NCBI GenBank assembly: GCA_051294375.1
Contig: CM119263.1
Location: forward strand, 31,295,502-31,354,404
Origin: Paraspadella gotoi
Taxonomy: Eukaryota > Animalia > Chaetognatha
DNA length: 58,903 bases
Reading direction: 5' to 3'
In this document: one piece after another, positions 48,551-58,903 of the stretch
How the letters are laid out: each line of letters begins with the position of its first letter
Position numbering within the stretch: position 1 is the stretch's first letter
The notes under the pieces: generated by a model
The model's database searches: none
Told to the model about the DNA's origin: nothing
Seen by the model: the letters and a program-made list of their open reading frames with translations, nothing else
Made by a program: the position numbers and the translations under genes

Positions 48551-51500
48551 ATGCCTACGAACAACCCGTTGCCCCCAAGGGAGAATAACTGGTTCAAGCG
48601 GATATTGGTAAGTATTGTCAGGCGTTTTTTTTTTAAAGATTGAGTTATCATTTTATGATCTAATTTAAATATTTAAGTTGATTTGTTTCGCCTTCCTCTT
48701 CTCTTCAGAAATGCTACGAACAGAAGCAATACAAAAATGGGTTGAAATTCGCCAAGCAGATTTTATCGAATCCCAAATTTCAAGAGCATGGAGGTAAAGT
48801 TGACAAAATGCGGGATCGGCTTCGACATCTTGCTCCATTTCCGCTCCTTATTCACGCTCCTCTATCACCACTCCTCTCTCCTCCAGAAACGTTGGCGATG
48901 AAAGGCCTGACGTTGAACTGCTTGGGAAGAAAGGAGGAAGCATACGACCACGTGCGTCGAGGCCTCCGCAACGATCTTCGATCCCACGTCTGCTGGCACG
49001 TCTACGGTCTCCTCCAACGCTCCGACCGCAAGTACGACGAGGCCATCAAGTGCTATCGCAACGCCCTCAAGTGGGACAACGATAATCTCCAGATTCTCCG
49101 CGATCTCTCTCTCCTGCAGATCCAAATGAGAGACTTGGACGGATATAGGGTAAAAGGGCCTTAACGGGGGGAGGGCGCATACCATTTTAATTCACAATTT
49201 AAACCTACTATACGACGTCGCAGGAAACGCGATATCGCTTGCTCGTTTTGCGACCGGGTCAGAGAGCCTCATGGATCGGCTACGCCATGGCCTATCACCT
49301 CCTCAAAAATTACGAAATGAGTCTTCAAATTCTTCGCGAGTTCGAGAAGACTCAACAAGTCAAACCCTTCGACTACGAGCACAGCGAGCTCATCCTTTAT
49401 CACGGCCAGATTCTCCAAGAGTCAGGACAGTTGCAGCAAGGTGAGAGGCGCGTTGATGTTTTTGCAAGGTTAGCCTTTTGAAAGTTGCTGCGTTGTCGCT
49501 GTCAAAGGTGGCGGAAAATTGTTGCCGGATTTTGCAGCCCATTATTACTTTTATTTTTAAGTATTATTAAAAGACTTATTCAATGGTTTTGAGATCTCGA
49601 GAGACCAACTAGCGAAAGTGGTCCAGTATTACCGAGAGTGAGAGAGAGAGAGAGAGAGTGTGTGTGAGAGAGAGTGAGTCGTAGCCACATCACGCTCATA
49701 TCGGAGTTTAACTATCTTTCGATTTGCCCTCTCATTGTTTTTCTTCCTTTTCAGCCTTGGATTTCCTCGACAAAAACTCGTCCGTGATTTTGGACAAGTT
49801 GGCCATCGCCGAGACCAAGGCGGAAGTTTTGCTCAAGTTGGAGAGACGGAAGGAGGCCTTGTCGATTCTCTGGGATTTGCTCGATAGGAATCCCGAGAAC
49901 AAAAAGTACTACGCCTGGTTGGAGCGAGCCATTAACCCGGGTACGAACTCATTCTCAAGGATAAAGATTTATGCATCAAGCAATGTGATTCATATTGAGT
50001 TTACACGAAGCAGCATTTTGTTAGCGACGTTTCTCAGGGGTTAATGTGTAGGAGACGTTTGGCAAGAATTATTGTTAATTGATCATTAATAATTTTTAAC
50101 AACCCAAAAAACAAATAATATCAAACTCCAAAACAAAAATATGACAATTGAAATTCTTTATTACAATATTTAAACGAGATTGAAGGATAAAATTTTCATT
50201 TAAGAATTAAGATCGCATTATTTCGTCAGCACCAATAAAAATCACGATTTAAAAAACTACTTCTTATTTTGTTTCAGACTCAGAGTCGTCGCGATTGGAG
50301 ATTTACGACAAAGTCCATTCGCTTTACCCGCGCGCGCTGCTGCCGCTGACGCTGCCGCTGGACTTCCTCGCCGGCGAAGCCTTCCGTCTTCGAGTCGACG
50401 CCTACGTGAAGAAGGCTCTCAGGAAGGGCGTGCCTCCTCTCTTCGTTCAACTCAGGTCCGTAGGTGGCGTTTGTTTGAATGAAGTTTGAGTCGACGGTGA
50501 GAAAGAGCGCGTTGATTGTTAATGAATGATAAGGAGGTGTGAGGAAATCAATCACATTGTTAAATACCTTTAAAAAGTAGTACATTTAGATAGCTTTAGT
50601 TAAAGTTTGTGGTTAAGTCTGTGGTTTGTGGCTAACAAACTTGAATCACTCCTTTTTTTCTAACAATTATAAAGAAGATATAAAAGAATGAGAGGCTTGC
50701 TCTTCCCCAGGGGTTTATATGCGGACGAAGAGAAAAGCCTGGCTATCGAGGAGTTGGTGGAGAGTCACGTGACTTCGTTGGAGCAACGCGATCGATTCCA
50801 CGGGGAAAGCGAGGGCGGACTCGAAGCCCCCACCGTTTACCTCTGGTGCCTCTACTTCTTAGCCCAGCATTACGATCTTAAAGGTGAACAAAAAAATAAT
50901 CGACCCATTATTTTCTTATTACTTTCATCATAACTGCCTATAACTTGAACGAGTAGTTCTTCTTGTTGCTATTATATGCAAATAAGATTTTTCTACTATT
51001 CGGAATCCTTACATTCGTAATCAGGCGACACGAAGCGCTCTTTGGACATCGTGGATAAGGCGATCGAACACACGCCGACCCTCATTGAACTTTACGTGGC
51101 TAAGGCGCGGATCCTCAAACACGCGGGCGACGTCTTCGAGGCCGTCAAGTGCCTCGACGAAGCCCAGTCCCTCGACACGGCCGACCGTTACATCAATTCC
51201 AAATGCGCCAAGTACATGCTCAGGTTCGTTGTGGAGGGAATTTCAGAAATGAGACGAAAGGGAAACACGATTCTTTTTTAAATCATTCTCTCTTGCTTCT
51301 TTTTTCTCTCTTTTTAATTCATTTTCTAATCTTCTCATCTTATTCTTACGTTTTCTAATCTTCCCATCTCTTTTTTCCATTTTCTATTTTTCCCGTATTT
51401 TTTTTCTATTCTCTAATCTTTCCGTATTTTTCTTTCATTTTAAATCTCCCCCCTGTTCACTTCCCAGAGCGAACATGATCCCCGAGGCGGTGGAGATGTG

Positions 51501-54419
51501 CAGCAAGTTCACCCGCGAGAACGTGGACGCCGCGGAGAATCTCAACGAGATGCAGTGCATGTGGTTTCAGACCGAATGCGCCAACGCCTTCTTCCGACTC
51601 GGCGACTTCGGCCTCGCCTTAAAGCATTGCCACGAAATAGACAGGGTAAGGTTTATGTTGAATTAGCTCATCTTTGCTAATAAATTATTAAATATTCAAA
51701 TCTCACTGTAAATCGCAATTCAAAATGTTTGATTTATTTCTATATTACGAATATTATTATGGTAAATGAAGAAGAATAAAAATCTATTAATTTTCGATTA
51801 AATTGCGACGATATGCAAATTAGAACGGATGAATTAATATTTAAATAGTTTTCATCATTTTTTTTCACGTTCGTTTTCCTCACCAGCATTTCACGGAAAT
51901 CGTGGAGGATCAATTCGACTTTCACACTTACTGCATGCGAAAAATGACGCTGCAATCCTACATCGGTTTGCTAAGACTCGAGGACATTCTGCACTCTCAC
52001 CCTTTTTACTTCAAGGCCGCGAGGTAAGTAGAGGGAAGGATGATTCCTTTTTGGTTTTTGAGCGAATTTATGAAAGGTTTGGTGTCCCAGGTGTGCGATA
52101 CGCATGTACATTCATCTTTACGACAACCCGCTAAGTGCATTGAAAGACGGTCAAAACGAAAACACCGAAAATTTGACGCCAGGTGAAACATAAAGACAAC
52201 TCTTAGCTTTTGCTAATTATCTTTTAAAGTTTACCCTAACATATTTTATAATTTTGATAATTTTTTTAGCGGAGATGAAAAAGTTGCGCAATAAACAGAG
52301 AAAAGCGGCGAAGAAGGAGCTTCAAAAGAAAGCGGCGAAGGAGGAAGAGGAGAAGAGGAAAGAGGCGAACAAACCCAAGACAGAAAACGAACCCGACGTC
52401 CCCAAGTTGGAGACGCTCGATCCCGAAAAACTCGCCCGGGTCAGTCGAGATTCTTTTAACCATCCAAATGAAAATCTGAGTCGCAAAAGTATCAAATATT
52501 TATTTACTAACTGTATCACAAACAAACATAATTATTTTAAATTCAATCCTTTAAGTTAATAGAATGAGAAATTATCAGTACTTAATCCAATCACGTCAAT
52601 ATGCAAATGAGATTATTGCACTCTCACTTGAAATGATCGACCAATAATTACTCTGCCGCCATTAAATATTTAACATCCTCCGCTCGGCAGCCATCGGATC
52701 CGCTGGACGTTGCGACGCGGTTCTTACAGCCGCTGCAGACTTTCTGCGGCGGCGCCATCGAGACCCACCTTCTCGCCTTCGAAGTCTTTTTGCGGCGGAA
52801 CAAGATCCTCCTCATGCTGCAGTCCATTCGACGCGCCCACGATTTGGAACCCGACGATCCCACCCTTCATTTCCAGAAGGCGCAGTTCATCCGGAAATGT
52901 GAGTGATAAAAACACGTTTTTCAATCTTTTAAATTCGAGTTATCTGAAATAGAATATGGAACGCAAAGCTATAATTTTTTTATTTTTTTCTAACTTTGCC
53001 TCATCCAACTTGGCTTAATGCTACGTCCAATCTTTTTCTGTCATAACTTAGCCTTTCGAAACTTTGCCCTCTTCCCTAACAGACTTGACGGAATGGTTTA
53101 TCCAACCCGATTCTCTTTTTTTCTTCTCCTGACCAGACTTATCGGGATGCTCCGTCCAACCTTACCCGGATCCAGTCACGCGGGTCCTCAATCATCAAAT
53201 CGAGAAAATCTTTGGGACATCGAGCGTCGAGTCCATCGACTTGGGAAAGTTTAACGAGGAATACCTGACGCGGCATTCGACCGAAGCAGGTCCGATTCAA
53301 GCTTCTGTTGCTGCTTACTTGAAGATGATAACTACGACAACGATGACGATTGTCGATTGAAAATTCAGCACTTTACCGTTCCGTGGGTCAACTTCTTTCA
53401 TCCTCTCAACCGACCTCGATTTCTTTATAATTGCGAATTGTTTTTACACTTCATGACTTTATTATTAATATTATTCTGACAAGAGAGAGAGGAAGAAGGA
53501 GAGAAGCGTGAATGAATGAAAACTAAAACCCTGTACTCGACCCTAGATACCCGGGAGAAGGATGAGGAAGAGAATGAAGAAGAATTGATGCATGCTGGCG
53601 AAACCTATCGTCTCTTTCTGTTAATTTTTAATATTACCTGTTGGTTTAACTTTTGGTTGACAGGTCGGACGCTGGCTCATTTGTTGGCGGTGGCCAAGGT
53701 TCGCTTCTTGCTGGATCCTTCCCGACAAAAAGAAGCCGTCTCTCTCTGCACAGATCTAAGTCAAAGCAATCGAGTCTCCATCAAAGTAAATACGAATCGG
53801 AATTTCTCGGAAATGCGTTTATTTTTTTTCAAAACTTATTATTTAAATCTTTTGTTATGAAAGGATGCGGAGTCCGTCCTCCAGACGCTTCGCACGACCG
53901 GTTTGGGATTCCCCGCCACCAACGCCGCCGCGATCGAGTCTTTCAGAGAGGCCTGTCACCTTCGCTTTCCTTACGCCGTCATATTCTTTCCGCCGAACAC
54001 TTACACTGGACCTCAGGTAACGCCATTATTCGATAATGAACCCAATATAAATTACAACTATTATTTTAAAATTAAGTATTCAACTCTTTCTTCCACGTAG
54101 CCAACCCCGCCGTGGGCACCGGAGGCGTGCAACGGTTCCAACGCCAAGGAATTTTTCGATCACGACAACATCGACCAGGGACACGTTCAAGAACAATCAG
54201 AGGTCCGTCATTTAAAAACAATTATTTTACTATTATTTTTTATTAATCACAATATTATATTACTATACTACGTTTTACTCCCACGCTTCCCAATCCCAGA
54301 CCTTCGTCCCGAACGAGATCGGGGATCACGTGACCAACGGAGAGGTTTGTCTTTCCAAAGGCGACGTCAAGGTTCGCGTCTTGCCCAACGGCGAATCCCT
54401 CGCCGACAAAAAGGACTAA
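48551..54419 (+). CDS. NAA15: N-alpha-acetyltransferase 15/16, NatA auxiliary subunit
   Basis: [116 protein letters not shown]. Confidence 0.97.
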
Positions 54420-55181
54420 AGTGTGGGACGGACGGACGGACGGACGGACGGACGGACAAGGAACTCTTTGCTGAGAGGATACGACGCGCGGTTTCGACGT
54501 GGAATCTTGACATTTGAAGCGTCCAAAGACACCCACGCAAGCATTGCTTCTAAATTAATCTTTAGCAGAATTATGAAATAAAAAACAATAAAACAAACGA
54601 AAACCAACAAAAAAAAAAAAAGCTTATGTTTTGGCCGCGTTAGTTTTTTTTTGCTACACACGTGTATTGGATTCGTCGGAGCAAATCTTCTTTTTATCTA
54701 ATTTCGAGGAATTCTTTTCTTCTTTTGTCTCTTCTCTCTTTTTGCAGTTCATCAAAAAAAAAAATTATATTGGAGTCTCTGTCTCGCCTTTTTAGAAGTA
54801 CCGATTCATTTCTTTCCCTCCCCCATCCCGGTCCCCCATTTTTTTTGGTTGTTGATTAGCGATTTAGATAATTGAGTATTTGACCGAATGACTTTTTTTT
54901 TCACCCGGTAACAATTGTAGGTTTCTTTTTGTTTTTACTTTTTTTTTCTTCAACGACAGATCCTGCATCGACATTGCAGTTTTATTTTTTGGCCTGAAGT
55001 AGTCAACTATTCTATAACGCAGGTAGCTTCATTTATTGATGCGTGTAGATAGTAAATGAAAAAAAAATCTCATTAACATAATCTTATTTTTCCCCCAGCT
55101 TTTCTCTTTCGCCAGAAAGAGAGAGAAACCCTTTCCCCTCTCCCTTTAAACGCTTCCACTCCATCTGGAAGCGTTTCGACC

Positions 55182-55517
55182 ATGTGCAAGGATTGCGTGA
55201 AGGAAAAGTTTCCTGATCGCGGGACGACGAGTCTTGACTCTGGATGTTTCGTCGTTAACTTCGCCTCCTGCGCAGTTTGTCGCAAACGCGAGCCGCTCAA
55301 GTCGGTTAACCGGGAGACGTTCGACGAGGAGACGGAGGAGCGGGTGACGTTCGACCACGCATGCGCGGTTTGCGATCACGTCGTCGCCAAACACGAGTAC
55401 GCCTTCGAAGTTGAGGACGACTTTCAAAACTCTTCCATGCTCTGTCTGCTCTGCGGTCGGGCAGAGGATTCGCGCAGCGTTTTGCCCAACGATCCTCGTC
55501 TGCAACCCATGTATTAA
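55182..55517 (+). CDS. CHURC1: Churchill zinc-binding protein, intronless, 111 aa
   Basis: MCKDCV...CAVC...TFDHACAVCDHVVAKHEY...MLCLLCGRAED...LPNDPR matches the Churchill Cys/His pattern and length. Confidence 0.95.
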   Translation: MCKDCVKEKFPDRGTTSLDSGCFVVNFASCAVCRKREPLKSVNRETFDEETEERVTFDHACAVCDHVVAKHEYAFEVEDDFQNSSMLCLLCGRAEDSRSVLPNDPRLQPMY

Positions 55518-55649
55518 AGGAAAACGATCTGTTGACCTGCTATGAATACAGAATACGTGAATGTAGTAATTCAACGTTGCCAATAACATCTTCGCAGTAG
55601 CAATAAGATCGTCATCTTCGCTTTGCTCTTTACTCTCCTTACCAATAAA

Positions 55650-56397
55650 ATGGCGACTCTTTCTTATCAGTCTTCTTCTTCTTCTTCTTCTCCTTCTCCG
55701 TCTTCTTCTCTGGCGATTTCAGAAGATTCAGTCATGAGGAGAATATCTAGGATCGCCGTTAACTTTGCCTCCGGCGACAAGTCGACGGAGGAAGACCTTA
55801 CCGACGACGCTCTCAAAAGTGAGTTGAGAAGGGAGGTAGAGGATAACTCTGAAGATGAATTAAATTAGATTAGGATAATTTAAAAGGATTATTTAAAGAA
55901 TTTAGGCTATTTAAAGTTTCTTTCCCTCAGGCGTCGGTCGGTCCCTTTTAAAAGACTACGTGCGCGACCGCCTGTTCCGCGGCGACATCGTTCCATCCGA
56001 CGCCGCCTGGCATTTCTTTGAGGAAGACAACAACAACAACAACGGAGCCAAGTCGCGTTCGACTTCGTCCACCGGAAACGCGAATCCAGATGATCCGTCC
56101 GTCCGTCCGTCCCTTCGTCGTCGCGCCTCCAGAAGGTCTCGTCTCTGTCCACGACGAAGCAGTTTTCAAAAGAGTCAGAGTTTAGGAGACGGAGTCGGAG
56201 GAGATAGGAAGACGCGGTCGGGGGCGAAGGTCGGAGAGTCGGAGAAAGGGAGATCGGAGGGAAACGCAGAAAAGTGAGTTGATTAATCATTATTTTTTGT
56301 TGGGTCAGTTGGGCCGACATTGTTTTAAGACGATGAATTGTGATGATGTGGCAGCCTTGAACACGTGACCTCTCAAATTCAACAACTGACAAGAGAT

Positions 56398-56483
<86 letters not shown>

Positions 56484-58680
56484 TCACCAACGGGTTTCAC
56501 GACTTATCCTTTGTTTTACCATGTCCTGAACATGTCCTCATGTTTGTTCCTTTGTCCTGTAAATAGTGACCAGACGTAGTATTGATTTTGTTATTGCTTT
56601 TCACTTTTTGAGAGAATAAATCATTCTCTGTCTCAACCTTGTGTCGTCTACATCTCCTGCCACAATGAATTCTTTTCATTTGTTACCCGATTCCCTTTCA
56701 CAGAACCCCTTCATCCCCGCCTCCCCCCTCCGACCCTAACCCACCGAAGCCGTTGGACTCGATTCGCCTCCACCTCCGTAAATTCTGTCTCTACCTCGAG
56801 CGACGTCACGCGCACCTTTATCGTGAAGTCTCTCGTCAACTCAACGTCACGATGTCGTCGCAGGCCGTCGTCGACGAGGCTTTCAATCATGTCGCGGATC
56901 AAGTCTTGGGCGTCGACGATTCGGTGAGGGAAGGGATGGGATTGTTATTGGTTAACAGATGGACGAAGGGAAATCTTGCTAGACTTTGAGCAGAAGACAA
57001 GATTGCTCTTCCGGTTCAGATGTAAATTCAAGTTAGAAATGATTCAAGAAGGCTAGAAGGGGAAAAAAATTTTTAAAAGTGCAAGGCCCCTATCAGTGAG
57101 TAATCTTTTTAAACTATATACTATATAGATTATAGAATGTCCTGGGTTATTCGGTAAATACCGAGTTATTCTCAAGTTTTTGTCGTCGATATACTGCTTC
57201 TTACCCAAGTCTTCTCAAATGTAAGTATTCGAGTTATTAATGTCCGGAAGAAATTAACATTAACTAACATTAACTCGTAAGACTTCAGAGAATGTGATCG
57301 TAAATCTGACCGGTAATCTTTATCGTCTCATCCACTAAAAGTTTCCCCTCTTATCGTTCGCCTTGCTTTATATTTTGTATTGTCTTTATTTGTCTTATTT
57401 ATGATTAAATTGTTATGGACTCCAGGAGGAAACGACCCCGCCCTCTAGCCAAATGTGGTCCCGAATCGCTTCCCTCTTCGTCTTGACTGGATCCTTTTGT
57501 CTCGACTGCGTCGCTCAGGGTCACTCTGACTTCCTCTCCGACGTCGTTGCCATCGCTGCCGACGCCATCTTCCGTCCAGAGGTGACGGCGTGGATGCGCG
57601 GCGTCGGCGGTTGGACCGACCTCGTCGACGCCGCTTCGGGGAATAAGCGGGTGAAACGGACTTCCTTTTTATAAGAACCTATGGCAACAGCCGGGTTGGC
57701 CTGTGATGCCCATTGGGATGGGGCATCTCACTGTTGGCTTTGGGGCTTCCGACCCTCAGTGACGCAATCCAGTCACTGGCGCGGTTACCCTAGGACGGTC
57801 TCGCTTTGCCAACGCAGAGGGAAATCATTAGGACTGTGGATGGAACACTACGCCTGGGATGGTGTGTTCCCCCTCTGAGCCAATGGATTTGGTCTGAACG
57901 ATGTTGGACGTGAGGCGGTGTGAATATACCGCCACAGGATCCCCGGACCAAGACATCACTCAGGTTCCTCAAGCCTGAGAGGTGTCTGACAAGACTGTCA
58001 CCATAGTGGGAGAGAGGAGAGAGAGAGCGCGAGTTGTGGGGCATAGGCGTTTGTCGTAGCGTACCCCAGGGCATAGGCGTTTGTCGTAGCGTACCGAAGT
58101 CGGCAGGGCATAGGCGTTTGTCGTAGCGTACTGAGAAGGTTGCGTGTTCCGATAGTAGGCCTCACCACTTATGGCATCAGCGGGTTGCTGTGATGCCATT
58201 GGGATGGGGCATCTCACTGTTGGCTTTGGGGCTTCCGACCCTCAGTGACGCATCCAGTCACTGGCGCGGTTACCCTAGGACGGGTCTCCGCTTTGCCAAC
58301 GCAGAGGGAAGTCATTAGGACTGTGGATGGAACACTACGCCTGGGATGGTGTGTTCCCCCTCTGAGCCAATGGATTTGGACACCCTGAACGATGTTGGAC
58401 GTGAGGCGGTGTGAATATACCGCCACAAACCTAAGATTATTTATGATTTCATCTGGGAATACGAATGGAGATCATAAGTTGAATTAAACATGACAATTAT
58501 TTGAAATAGTTCCCTATACTGCTATATGCAAATGAGATTAAATGACTCACATTTCATATATATATATATATTTGTTCCCAGTCGACGGACAGAAGTCACT
58601 ATATTCTGGTTCTCGGTTTTGGATTCGTCTTTGGATTCTTCATCACGATTCTGTCCTCTTACGGTTTTTCTTCAAACTGA
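55650..58680 (+). CDS. BOK: Bcl-2 family protein, BOK-like, divergent
   Basis: Exons about 55650-55818, 55931-56273, 56704-56923, 57426-57650, 58582-58680. BH4 GRSLLKDYVRDRL; BOK-like LYREVSRQLNVTMSSQAVVDEAFNHVA; BH1-like WSRIASLF...LDCV; BH2 WMRGVGGWTDL; C-terminal TM YILVLGFGFVFGFFITIL. Confidence 0.82.
57680..58427 (-). mobile_element. TRIM-like miniature LTR retroelement (748 bp) in the last BOK intron
   Basis: Direct repeats 57680-57936 and 58170-58427; AACC TSD (57676-57679, 58428-58431). Minus-strand LTR runs TGTGGC...GCCATA; PBS-like TGGTGAGG begins 2 nt after the 5' LTR; short G-run before the 3' LTR. The 233-bp interior is non-coding with three copies of GGGCATAGGCGTTTGTCGTAGCGTAC. 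Confidence 0.88.
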
Positions 58681-58903
58681 CTCTTGATTTTGAAGCCTTA
58701 ATTTTTAATCTAGTTAAATATGTTTTTTTGAACAGTTGATATACTGCATTCTGTGTATTCGAAAATACTTATTTATTAGTTTTAGTGTCGATATGTTGGA
58801 CGCTCTTTTTAATCGCGAGTAATACCGTTTTTTCTTCCTGTTGTATCATTTAATTTGTTACAATATATGTAGATACCTCACTCGAGAGCCAATATTAGTT
58901 TAT

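Noticed and set aside
55228-55250. Churchill Cys17-to-Ser change with a new Cys five residues later
   Set aside because: As I recall, Cys17 is not one of the zinc ligands and the other Cys/His positions are intact, so a functional claim is unsupported.
58039-58130. Three 26-bp repeats with short spacers, superficially CRISPR-like
   Set aside because: Spacers are only about 4-12 nt, the context is eukaryotic, and there are no cas genes; this is a tandem repeat inside the TRIM. The minisatellite at 43508-43640 has no spacers at all.

Overview
Gene-dense eukaryotic DNA from an invertebrate animal (GC-rich exons, short AT-rich GT-AG introns); the species cannot be named from the sequence alone. 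Twelve host genes lie head-to-tail, all on the + strand, with 132-1744 bp between stop and next start: BLTP3/UHRF1BP1 (3' part), GOLGA5, IPO7, NAA25, an F-box/WD40-like gene, TUT1, NOM1, a class II ARF, BTF3, NAA15, Churchill and a divergent BOK-like Bcl-2 gene. This arrangement suggests an operon-like, possibly SL trans-spliced array. Introns carry several mobile elements: a degenerate DIRS tyrosine-recombinase retrotransposon (1-2965); a gag-only LTR element with non-canonical ends (13221-18730) containing a nested non-autonomous DIRS whose internal complementary region (ICR) lies upstream of gag; a 748-bp TRIM-like element with highly structured LTRs plus its solo LTR; a Penelope-type minimal hammerhead ribozyme; and two dispersed short intronic repeat families. 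All calls come from manual reading and remembered family motifs, not database searches. A lone frameshift in the otherwise perfectly conserved ARF suggests indel errors in the assembly, so frameshifts elsewhere are not reliable evidence of decay.
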